Shown: positions 8,295-17,454 of the stretch, one piece after another
Numbering within the stretch: the first letter of the stretch is position 1
Layout of the letters: every line of letters starts with the position of its first letter
Assembly (NCBI GenBank): GCA_905197485.1
Contig: CAJJYZ010000001.1
Span: forward strand, 27,115 to 91,114
DNA length: 64,000 nucleotides
Direction: 5' to 3'
Source: an uncultured Lachnospiraceae bacterium
GTDB lineage: Bacteria; Bacillota; Clostridia; Lachnospirales; Lachnospiraceae
Position numbers and translations under genes: made by a program
The notes under the pieces: generated by a model
The model's input: only the letters and a program-made list of their open reading frames with translations
Database searches by the model: none
Told to the model about the DNA's origin: nothing

Positions 8295-11033
8295 TTACTC
8301 TCCTGTTATCACGCGAACCGTACTTCCGTCCGCTTTCTGTTTCTTCACAACAATCTGTTTCTCTATCCGCTCTTTCAACTCTGCTACATGGGAAATGATA
8401 CCCACAAGCCGGTTGCCATTTGCCAAGTCTTTCAACGCTTTCATCGCCTGTTCCAATGCTTCCTCATCTAGGGAACCGAATCCTTCATCAATAAACATCG
8501 CATCGAGCTGAATCCCTCCCGCAGCCGATTGAATCTCATCCGACAATCCTAACGCCAATGCTAAGGAAGCCTGAAAAGATTCTCCGCCGGAAAGTGTCCG
8601 CACACTTCGCACACTTCCATTATAATGGTCAACCACATCCAGTTCCAGTCCGCTTTGACTCCGCAAATTCCCCGCATCCTTCCGCCGTTTCAACTCATAT
8701 TGTCCACCGGACATCACAAGGAATCTTGTATTCGCCCTCTCGATAATCCTTTGAAAATAAGTCATCTGAATATAAGTTTCCAGCATGATTTTTTCTTTGC
8801 CGCTCACCGTTCCATTCGCCGTATTCGAAAGAGCTTTCACAAGCGTCCACCGCTTCTCTACATCCTGCATCTTTCCATACTGCTCCTTCACCATATCCCG
8901 AATCCGCACATTGTTCTGATAGTCGAGCGTCAGTTCCTCTTTCTTCTTTGTCATCTGTTCCTTTTCTTTTTGATAGGCCTCCTGACATTGCAGAAGTTCC
9001 TCCCAATGCGTTTCTTCATGTTCCTCAGTCTGTGCTTTCAGCGTTTTTAATTTTGCGCCACATATCTTCCTGCGTTCTTCCGTCTTTCGATATGCCTCTT
9101 CTGCCTGTTGATAAGCCGCTTCCATATCCTTTTTCTTCTGTTTCTTTTCTTTTAATCCGGCGGCTGCCTGTTCCCGATTTTCATACGTCAGTTGTTGCGC
9201 AGCCTTCTGATAACGTTCCGCCGCTATCACACATTCCTTCTCCTTCCTATGATATTCTGCTTCTTTCTCCTCCAGCAAGGCTTCCTGTTCTTTGAAAAAT
9301 TTATCGTTCTTCTCGTCCTGCTCTGCCAACATGTTCCGACGCTTCAGAGATTCTTCTACCTTTCTTCGTTTTTCTTTCACAATAGAATCCTGGGTTTTCA
9401 ACTCCTGAATCCGTTCTTCCAAAGACTCATAAAGCAACTGCGACACTTCTCCAAAGAGTTCCTTTCCGCTCTCTTCTATCTGTCTGCGAATCCTGTCTCC
9501 TTCCCCTTTCAGCGCTCCCGCCTGCTCACTAAGTCTTGAAACTTTTTCTGCCAACTCCTGACTTTCTTTCTTTTTCCGCTTCAATTCCGCTTCTGTACAG
9601 AGTTCCTTCGTCAATTTAGCCGGACTCGGATGATGGGTTGCTCCGCACACCGGACAACAGACCCCTTCCTTCAGTCCTGACGCAAGGATTCCGGCCTGTG
9701 CATCCAGGAACTGTTGTTCCATCTCCTCACAGCGCCTTCGGATGTTCTGGCTTTCTAAGGAAACTTTCTGATAGAGTCCCTGTGCTTCTTTGAAGCTATG
9801 AGCGATATTCTTATACTCTACGAACAGTTTCTTCAGGTTCCGCACTTTTTGTTTTTCTTCCTCCAGATTTCTCTCTTCCTGAGAAAGTTCCAAAGAAACG
9901 GTATCCAGTCGATTCATTTCCTCCAACTGTTTTTTCACTTCTTCTCTTCGACAGTCTGTTTCCTCTTTTTGCCGGCGAATCTTGGAAATCTCTTTTCGGA
10001 GTGTTTCACAGTTCGCTTCTGCCGTCTTTTTCTCTTTTTCAAGTTTCCCAGCCTCTTCGTAATACACCATCTTTTCTTCTTCTGCCAGAATCTCTTTCAG
10101 AAGCTTTTCTTTTTCCTCCGACCTTTCGGACTCTTGCCGGAAACGCTCCGCCTGCTCGGAAAGCTTCGGCTTCAAACGCTGTAATTCTTCCTCCAGATTC
10201 TCAATTTCCCGCTTCGCCACACGCCTTGCTTCTTCTTTTCCAATCTGTTTCTGTAGTGTGAATATCTCCTTTTCCAGTTCCCCTATCCGACTTTCATAAC
10301 GTTCCCGCTCCTTCTCTTCCTGCTTCGCAAGCTCATCTAGGAAGGCAAGAATCTCTCCGACGGTCACATTGTCCTTCCGCTCCCCCTCATGACGGATTCC
10401 GTCTATGTATTGGCTGACACTCTTCGTCAAATCTTCATATTGCATGCGGAGAACTCCTGCTTCATGTTTCAACCGTTCCTGCAACATCTGGTACCGTTTC
10501 GTATCGAAAATCTCCCGAAAAATCTTACTTCGTTCTTCTGTCTTTGCAAACAATAACTTCAAAAAGTCTCCCTGTGCAATCATGGCAATCTGCGTAAACT
10601 GATTTCTGGACAGACCGATTAACTCTGTGACCGCCTTCGTCACCTCTTTTGTCTTTGTCACGATTCTTCCATCCGGATAATAAAAGGTGGCATCCGCTTT
10701 TTCCGCTGTCATCCCATTTCCTTTTTTCGCCGGCCGCATATATTCCGGATTTCTCCGAATCCGGTAAACTTCCCCCCGATATAAAAATTCCAATTCCACA
10801 TAGGTAGGCACATCTTTTCCCGCATATTTACTCCGAAGCATGTCTGCCTCCCGGTTGTCTCCGCTTGCCTCCCCATAAAGTGCAAATGTAATCCCGTCAA
10901 AAATCGTCGTCTTTCCGGCTCCTGTATCGCCGGTAATCAAATACAGACCTCTCTCACCAAGCAGTGTAAAATCCACAACCGTCTGTTCCGCATACGGGCC
11001 AAATGCAGACAACGTTAACTTCAAAGGCTTCAT
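8295..11033 (-). CDS. sbcC: DNA repair exonuclease SbcC (SMC-like ATPase)
   Basis: 912 aa; Walker A GDTGAGKTT at the N-terminus, long coiled coil, C-terminal signature LSGGESFQASLALALGLS and D-loop FIDEGFGSLD. Confidence 0.9.
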   Translation of the reverse strand: MKPLKLTLSAFGPYAEQTVVDFTLLGERGLYLITGDTGAGKTTIFDGITFALYGEASGDNREADMLRSKYAGKDVPTYVELEFLYRGEVYRIRRNPEYMRPAKKGNGMTAEKADATFYYPDGRIVTKTKEVTKAVTELIGLSRNQFTQIAMIAQGDFLKLLFAKTEERSKIFREIFDTKRYQMLQERLKHEAGVLRMQYEDLTKSVSQYIDGIRHEGERKDNVTVGEILAFLDELAKQEEKERERYESRIGELEKEIFTLQKQIGKEEARRVAKREIENLEEELQRLKPKLSEQAERFRQESERSEEKEKLLKEILAEEEKMVYYEEAGKLEKEKKTAEANCETLRKEISKIRRQKEETDCRREEVKKQLEEMNRLDTVSLELSQEERNLEEEKQKVRNLKKLFVEYKNIAHSFKEAQGLYQKVSLESQNIRRRCEEMEQQFLDAQAGILASGLKEGVCCPVCGATHHPSPAKLTKELCTEAELKRKKKESQELAEKVSRLSEQAGALKGEGDRIRRQIEESGKELFGEVSQLLYESLEERIQELKTQDSIVKEKRRKVEESLKRRNMLAEQDEKNDKFFKEQEALLEEKEAEYHRKEKECVIAAERYQKAAQQLTYENREQAAAGLKEKKQKKKDMEAAYQQAEEAYRKTEERRKICGAKLKTLKAQTEEHEETHWEELLQCQEAYQKEKEQMTKKKEELTLDYQNNVRIRDMVKEQYGKMQDVEKRWTLVKALSNTANGTVSGKEKIMLETYIQMTYFQRIIERANTRFLVMSGGQYELKRRKDAGNLRSQSGLELDVVDHYNGSVRSVRTLSGGESFQASLALALGLSDEIQSAAGGIQLDAMFIDEGFGSLDEEALEQAMKALKDLANGNRLVGIISHVAELKERIEKQIVVKKQKADGSTVRVITGE

Positions 11034-12185
11034 CTATCTGTCCTCCCAAATCTTCTCAATCCATGTACGCATCCATATTTCCTGCTCTTCGGACATCGGC
11101 TGATTGTTCTGAATTTCATAAAACTCCTCAAACAATTCTAACGGTGACTTCTGCTTCACGTCTTCCAATAATTCCATCGCCTGCTGCCGTTTTGTTCGTG
11201 TATTTTCGTAATCCAGTTTCATAATATTCGGATAGACCACCCGCAATTTATTCAACACATCCGGAATATCCTCCTCATCTGTCAATGTGATATGCAGATA
11301 ATCCCCAGTATTTGTACCATGGTAAAATTCCCGGGACATCAACCTCTCATACGTTCCTTTGATTTCCCGCATGTCTGTTCTCGGCGCTAACGGAACGAGA
11401 CGAATCTCCACCTCGCCTTTTTTCTTCAGTTCTACAACCGGAACCGATTTCTGATGACGACTCTCGGAAAAAGAATACTTCAAGGGAGTTCCCGAATATC
11501 GCACTTCCTCTCTTGATATGTGCTGCGGTCCATGAATATGTCCGAGCGCCACGTAATCGAACACGTCAAAACAAGAGGCATCCACGTTGTCAAGTCCTCC
11601 CACAGACACTTCTTCCGACTCCGAGCGCACCGCTCCCGTCACAAATTGATGGGAAAGAAGCACATTTCTTTTTGTCGGATTCACATGCATTGCTTCTACC
11701 ACCGCCTGTACCGCCTCATTGTATGTCGTCAGTTTCTCACTCCCTTGCTCTTCTTCGATTCCAAGCACATGCCGCACATGTACCGGCTTCACAAACGGCA
11801 ACATATACATATTCAATTCTCCGAACTCATCCTGCAAAACAACCGGTTCCGGCACGCTCCGAAATACAGGAGATACATAGACCCCTCTGCCCTTCATCAG
11901 TTCTCCACCGAATGAAAGCCGCTCTGGAGAATCGTGATTCCCGCTGATGATAAATGTACGGAGATTGCGCTCTGCCAGACCGTTCAAAAAAGAATCAAAC
12001 AATTGAACCGCTTCTGCCGGAGGAATTGGCTTATCATACACATCCCCGGCAATCAGGACGCCGTCCGCCTTCTCCTTATCTACAATATTTAAAATCTCGT
12101 TTAATATATATTTTTGCTCTTCCATCATGGAAAATTCGTTCACCCGTTTTCCAAGATGAAGGTCGGATAAATGAATCAGTTTCAT
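11034..12185 (-). CDS. sbcD: DNA repair exonuclease SbcD (Mre11-like phosphoesterase)
   Basis: 383 aa; MKLIHLSDLHLGK, GNHDS; translationally adjacent to sbcC. Confidence 0.9.
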   Translation of the reverse strand: MKLIHLSDLHLGKRVNEFSMMEEQKYILNEILNIVDKEKADGVLIAGDVYDKPIPPAEAVQLFDSFLNGLAERNLRTFIISGNHDSPERLSFGGELMKGRGVYVSPVFRSVPEPVVLQDEFGELNMYMLPFVKPVHVRHVLGIEEEQGSEKLTTYNEAVQAVVEAMHVNPTKRNVLLSHQFVTGAVRSESEEVSVGGLDNVDASCFDVFDYVALGHIHGPQHISREEVRYSGTPLKYSFSESRHQKSVPVVELKKKGEVEIRLVPLAPRTDMREIKGTYERLMSREFYHGTNTGDYLHITLTDEEDIPDVLNKLRVVYPNIMKLDYENTRTKRQQAMELLEDVKQKSPLELFEEFYEIQNNQPMSEEQEIWMRTWIEKIWEDR

Positions 12186-12242
12186 GCCTTCCTCCTGTTC
12201 GTTTCTTCTCCATTTATTATAGGGCAGAAGAAGCGCCTTTGT

Positions 12243-12755
12243 CTATCCTTGAAAAAACGGATAATTTGGCGCTGCAAACGAAAAAATCCAAAATAGGACA
12301 AATGTAAGCGCCTGCTTTCCAAGCAAATACCATTTCACACAGTTCGGAAAATGACACGAATCATCCGTAATGTACGCAGAAGCGACAAGCGATATCCATA
12401 TTCCAATCACCAATAATCCTAAATCTATCCACAATCCCTCTCTTCCGAATCCACCTTTCAATCCATAGTAGCCTCCAAAAATGTTCAGCATGGAAACTTC
12501 ACTTTGAAATGCCGCCAAAATCAAACGCTCCTTAACCGTAAGTTTCTTCACAAATTCACACCAAGGAATCAAATTCACCAGCAAAATACTGTAAAACGGC
12601 AGCTTCATATGCTCCCAGATACTTTCGCTGATTGGAAAAAATCCTGCAAGAAAAGCCGGTCTTCCAAGAAAATCATAGGTAAAGTGGAAAAAACTGCTTA
12701 GCAAAATGGTGATTATCACACCGACATAGATGTAAATATTTTTTCTTCGATTCAT
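12243..12755 (-). CDS. small polytopic membrane protein of unknown function
   Basis: 170 aa with 4-5 hydrophobic segments; no recognisable catalytic motif. Confidence 0.5.
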   Translation of the reverse strand: MNRRKNIYIYVGVIITILLSSFFHFTYDFLGRPAFLAGFFPISESIWEHMKLPFYSILLVNLIPWCEFVKKLTVKERLILAAFQSEVSMLNIFGGYYGLKGGFGREGLWIDLGLLVIGIWISLVASAYITDDSCHFPNCVKWYLLGKQALTFVLFWIFSFAAPNYPFFQG

Positions 12756-12909
12756 AAGAAACTCCCCGAATAATTTTTATTATCTACCTATACTCCCCCT
12801 ATTCGGGCTTTCTATGCATTCCTATAGCAAAAACAGGTATACATACCTGCATACCTGTCTTCCCTCTTTCCTATATCTTACAGCTGATTTTTCTTCATTT
12901 TTTCTTTTT

Positions 12910-13437
12910 CTACTTCCACGTCACCCGAATCTTGCAATCCTCACTCAGTTCGCACGTCTCCGCCGTCAATATGATTCCTGCCCTTCGGAATGCGGCACAG
13001 ATTTTAAAAAACATATCCCACACGACATTCTCGGAAATCATATTCTCCTTGTATTCCATATAACGTGTTTTGTTTCTCAATAGTTCAAGCGGCATAATAT
13101 GCCGTTCCAGGTCCCATGCCCATACTTTTTTTAAATCCAGAAACTGAAATTCCTGCGAATTGGTTTTCTCTCTTCCGCACTCCAGACACGTCGGAATATT
13201 CAAGAGTTTCTCTTCATAAGACGTAATCACATCATAGATTCTTCGTACCTGCTCCTTCGTAAGCTTATACATTTCAATCCCGACAATCTCATCAAAAAGC
13301 TGGTATCTGCAATACCGTAGATTCCCGTTCCCATATAATTCGATGGAGAATCCTCCATCTTCTCCTTCCATCCCCATGTCCGGACCAATCCGGTAGGAAA
13401 ATACAATATGTTCTTTTCTTAATTCTTCAAACTTCAT
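12910..13437 (-). CDS. hypothetical soluble protein (175 aa), unknown family
   Basis: ORF with RBS AAGGGG upstream; contains a CxxC pair (PTCLECG) but no known motif recognised. Confidence 0.45.
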   Translation of the reverse strand: MKFEELRKEHIVFSYRIGPDMGMEGEDGGFSIELYGNGNLRYCRYQLFDEIVGIEMYKLTKEQVRRIYDVITSYEEKLLNIPTCLECGREKTNSQEFQFLDLKKVWAWDLERHIMPLELLRNKTRYMEYKENMISENVVWDMFFKICAAFRRAGIILTAETCELSEDCKIRVTWK

Positions 13438-13478
13438 ACTTACCCCTTATTTTCCATCATTATTGCCTGGAATCTCCT

Positions 13479-14525
13479 CTATGCTTTCATCGCCCAGCGC
13501 ATCTTCGTAGAACGCGCTCTGCTGTTACGATTGCATTCTTCTGCCGATGGACGGATGACATCATTCGCAATCTCCCGGTAGACACCGGCTTTCTTCAATT
13601 CCTTAAATGCTTTCTTTACAATCCTGTCCTCCCCAGAATGGAATGTAAGAATTGCCACTCTTCCTCCCGGCGCCAACGCATCCGGAAGCTTCTCCATGAA
13701 TTCATACAATACTTCAAATTCACTATTCACATCGATTCTCAATGCTTGAAATACCCGCGCGCAGGATTTCTTTACCGCCTCTTTCTGTTCTCGTTCCGGA
13801 AGAAATGCAAGGGCTTCCTCAATCACATGCTGTAATTTGGTAGTCGTATCAATCTCTTCCCCTCTTCTCAGCTTTTCTGCCACGAGCGCCGCAATCTCTT
13901 CGGCATACGGCTCGTCCGAATTTTCAAGCAGCATTCCTGCCAGTTCCTCTTCCGTCACTTCTTTCAGACGCTCTGCCGCAGACGTTCCCTTCTGCGGGTT
14001 CAACCGCAAATCAAGAGGCCCTTCTTTCTTATAAGTAAACCCTCGTTCCGGATTATCAATCTGCATAGATGAGACACCCAAATCCGCAAGTACAAAGTCA
14101 AAGGGACCATATTCCTTTGCCACCTCGTCAATGTTTGCAAAATTTGTCTGAATCATCGTGAAAATATCTTCGCCAAACCCAAGCTCACGCAGTCGTGCTT
14201 CTGTTTTCACAGATTCAATCGGGTCCACATCCAACCCATAGATATGTCCTTGCCCTTGCAGACATTCCAGCATCTTTCTCGTATGCCCTCCGTATCCAAG
14301 CGTTGCATCCAACCCTTTCTGCCCCGGCTGAATCTGAAGGAATTCCAAAATTTCCTTCACGCAGATAGAAATATGCATTCCCACCGGTGTGCTTCCTTTC
14401 TGAATCACTTTCTCTATCGTCTCCGGATATTTCTCCGGCTGCAGTTCTTTATATTTCTCATGATAATTTCTCGGATGTGTTCCTTTGTAGCGAACCCGCC
14501 GCTTATGCTGTACTTCCTGTTCCAT
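13479..14525 (-). CDS. RsmH/MraW-like SAM-dependent methyltransferase paralog with a ~50-aa basic N-terminal extension. It is not in a dcw context.
   Basis: 348 aa; RsmH motifs DATLGYGGHT, DLGVSSMQID, ILTFHSGEDRIVK, preceded by MEQEVQHKRRVRYKGTHPRNYHEKYKEL... Confidence 0.65.
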   Translation of the reverse strand: MEQEVQHKRRVRYKGTHPRNYHEKYKELQPEKYPETIEKVIQKGSTPVGMHISICVKEILEFLQIQPGQKGLDATLGYGGHTRKMLECLQGQGHIYGLDVDPIESVKTEARLRELGFGEDIFTMIQTNFANIDEVAKEYGPFDFVLADLGVSSMQIDNPERGFTYKKEGPLDLRLNPQKGTSAAERLKEVTEEELAGMLLENSDEPYAEEIAALVAEKLRRGEEIDTTTKLQHVIEEALAFLPEREQKEAVKKSCARVFQALRIDVNSEFEVLYEFMEKLPDALAPGGRVAILTFHSGEDRIVKKAFKELKKAGVYREIANDVIRPSAEECNRNSRARSTKMRWAMKA

Positions 14526-14666
14526 TTCGATACCTCGTTATTCTGTCAGAGATTCTCGTCTCTAACTCTGTTTCTTTCATAATGGTATCTATTTTTGCAG
14601 GACATGTCAAGGAATTTCTATGACAGGAAAAAAGACCCGGCAAAACCGAATCCTTTTCCTTGTGAA

Positions 14667-15436
14667 TTAAGATATTTTATTGACTAACTCGACAAGTTCC
14701 GACATATTACGAATCATATAGTCCGCGCCTGCCTCCTGATAACGTCTTGTCACCTTCGCAAGTTTTTCTTCTTTTTCTGCATCGGAAAGCGCTTCATACT
14801 CTTCCTCTGTCAAAGCCATTTCTGAACTGCCTTCCAGAATCCCTACCGCAATTGCGCCTGCATTCTTTCCTTCTTTGATATCGGAAACCGTATCTCCGAC
14901 TTTCATGACGTTCTGCACTTTTGTCACACCCAACGCTTCCATATTCTTGAAAACCATATACGGGTATGGACGTCCGATTCCACCTGTCGAATCCGGACTG
15001 AACCATACATCCGGCTCATATCCGTTTTCTTTTGCTTTCTCCGTCACAATCGCCATCATCTTGTCCGTATACCCTGTTGTGGAACCGATTTTGATTCCCA
15101 TCTCCCGAAGTTTTGCAATTGTTTCCAGTACGTATGGTTTCGGTTCTGCATAACGGTCCAAAATACTAAGAAGCTTTTCTTCATAAAACGCATACATTCC
15201 GTCGATATCTTCTTCTGTAAATTCCCTTCCGTATTTTTCGAGCCAGAGTTGATGGATTCTGTCCATATGCAGCATCGCTTTGATATGGTCGCGTTTCAAC
15301 ATTCCCATCGGTTCTCTGACCTCGTCCATCGTCGGCTCAATTCCTACATGACGGAACACTTCAACAAACACCTGCACCGGCGCGAAACAACCGTAGTTCC
15401 GGCCCAGTCAAAAATTACCGCTTCGATTCTACTCAC
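14667..15436 (-). pseudogene. phnX: phosphonoacetaldehyde hydrolase PhnX, disrupted. Codons 1-16 (GTG 15436, with the catalytic FDWAGT motif) are in a different frame from the rest.
   Basis: Frame 1: GGAGGT-8-GTG SRIEAVIFDWAGTTV then a stop after 31 codons. Frame 2 opens with (stop)LGRNYGCFAPVQVFVEVFRHVGIEP... to 14667. The shared nucleotides ACTACGGTTG are read as TTV and as NYGC, implying loss of ~10 nt. Confidence 0.7.
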
Positions 15437-16526
15437 CTTGATTTACCTCCAAACATTCTTTGATAATTGCACATACTTTTTCAATATCCTCTTCATAAAT
15501 CTCTCCGATATTTCCGATGCGGAATGTATCTGCATCTGTCAATTTGCCCGGATAGATTGCATATCCGCGTTCCTTGATATACTGATACATATCGTCAAAA
15601 GAGAATGTGTGATGTTCCGGATAGAAAAACGTCGTGATAATCGGTCCTTGATGTTCCTTGATATACGTATCGATTCCCATCTCTTTCATCCGCTGAATCA
15701 GAAGATGATTATTATGATAATACCGTTTGCTTCTCGCCGCGATTCCGCCTTCTTCTTCCATCTCTTCCAGCGCTTTCGCAAAAGCAAGCACGGCATGAGT
15801 CGGAGACGTAAATCTCCACTTTCCGTCCTTTTCCATCGTCTTCCACTGGTCATACAAGTCTAATGACAAGCTTCTTGCCTTTCCTTCACTCGCAATCAGT
15901 TTTTGACGGTTTGCAATGATAAATGAGAATCCCGGAACCCCTTGGATACATTTATTGGCGCTGCTTACGATGAAATCAATGCCCCAGTCTTTTACCGGAA
16001 TATCCACTCCGCCGAAGCTGCTCATCGCATCCACAATAAATGTCAGCCCTCTTTCTTTCACCACGTTTCCTACCGCTTCAATATCGTTCAACAACCCGGA
16101 AGTCGTCTCGCTGTGTACCATAGATACATGCGTAATCGAAGCGTCCTTCTCAAGAATCTCTGCCACTTTTTTTGCATCCGGAATCCGATGATACGGTTCA
16201 CTATAGGTCACATACCGGATTCCCGCATGTCTCGCAATCTCTTCCTGCCTCTCTCCGTATGCCCCGTTTGCCACAATCAATACTTTCTCATCCTCGCCAA
16301 TCACGCTTGTGAGTACGGACTCCACTCCGAAGGTTCCGCTTCCCTGCATTAAGACAACAGTGTACTCCTCTTCGCTGACATGCGCAAGTTCCAACAACTT
16401 TCTTCTGATTTCCTGGGTAATGACCTTATAATCGTCATCCCATGTACAGTGGTCAAACAACATTTCTTCCTTCACAGATGCCGTTGTTGTGAGTGGTCCC
16501 GGTGTCAATAGTTTATAATTCTTCAT
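15429..16526 (-). CDS. phnW: 2-aminoethylphosphonate--pyruvate transaminase PhnW
   Basis: 365 aa; MKNYKLLTPGPLTTTASVKEEM... class-V aminotransferase; adjacent to phnX. Confidence 0.85.
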   Translation of the reverse strand: MKNYKLLTPGPLTTTASVKEEMLFDHCTWDDDYKVITQEIRRKLLELAHVSEEEYTVVLMQGSGTFGVESVLTSVIGEDEKVLIVANGAYGERQEEIARHAGIRYVTYSEPYHRIPDAKKVAEILEKDASITHVSMVHSETTSGLLNDIEAVGNVVKERGLTFIVDAMSSFGGVDIPVKDWGIDFIVSSANKCIQGVPGFSFIIANRQKLIASEGKARSLSLDLYDQWKTMEKDGKWRFTSPTHAVLAFAKALEEMEEEGGIAARSKRYYHNNHLLIQRMKEMGIDTYIKEHQGPIITTFFYPEHHTFSFDDMYQYIKERGYAIYPGKLTDADTFRIGNIGEIYEEDIEKVCAIIKECLEVNQGE

Positions 16527-16549
16527 GATATTTTTTCTCCTTTATCTTC

Positions 16550-17442
16550 CTATTTGCATGCTTCTGATAATTCCTGATGTTTTTCTAACAATTCAATCGT
16601 AAGCGGTTCTTCAAAGACTTTTGGGTTGGCAGAAAGATTCTCCGCATCCGTTTTTTCTCCATTGTAAAGAGCAATCGGATAATAAGACTGTAATTCTTCT
16701 CTTCCGTTTTCAATGATACACTGCGCCATTTCCATCGCTTTTTCCTTGACTTTATCGCCTTTATCTACTGCTGCTACAGATTCTGTAAGGCTGAAGTTTC
16801 CTTCTGATGGGTCTACATAATCAATCGGAAGCCCATCTGCTTTATCTGCAACTGCCTGCTGACGAAGTCCAAATCCTATCGCCACTTCTCCTGCGCGCTG
16901 TCCACATAAAATGTGCTCATCGTTACAAGGTCCGCCTCCAGATTGGTTCCTTCTGCCATCAGTTTTCCGCCCAATTCTGAAGTTCCGAACGTCTGGAACA
17001 CATACTGGTCTTTGTAACCATAAATATGAAACAACTGCCGTCCAAACAGCTTGGTCAGAAGCCCTTGCTTCCCGAAGGAATAAATAATTGCAAATCCGTA
17101 TGTAATCGTCGGCAGTAACATCGGAAGAACCGCCGCCCTTGTAAGCAAAAACTTATATTTCCCGGGCACATTTGTATAATGGACCGTATAAGCCAGAAAA
17201 AACGCAAGAAGCGTTGTAATGATGGCGCTGGCTGACGATACGGCAAAACTGTTCCCGAGCGCCTTTACAAAACCTTTAGAAGTCAATACATCCCGATAAT
17301 TCTCCAGCGTAAATCCTGTATTCCCATCTAGCACAAATGATTTCAGAAGAAGCCTCACAATCGGAATGGCAAGAAATAAGAAGAAAAATATTGCCAATAC
17401 TCCAAACATGAGCTTCATTTCTTTGTTTTTCTTTTTCTGCAT
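16550..17442 (-). pseudogene. remnants of an AEP/iron-type ABC transporter: a permease N-terminus (~135 aa) fused in frame to a periplasmic SBP that lacks its signal peptide, then a frame change into the SBP C-terminal part
   Basis: 16876-17442: MKLMFGVLAIFFFLFLAIPIV...LFGRQLFHIYGY (TMD start) directly followed by KDQYVFQTFGTSELGGKLMAEGTNLEADLV (SBP_bac_6-like residues ~55-95). 16550-16885: SBP C-terminal part ...GLPIDYVDPSEGNFSLTESVAAVDKGDKVKEKAMEMAQ. About 0.9 kb where >2.5 kb would be expected. Confidence 0.6.
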
Positions 17443-17454
17443 CTTTGGTACCCC

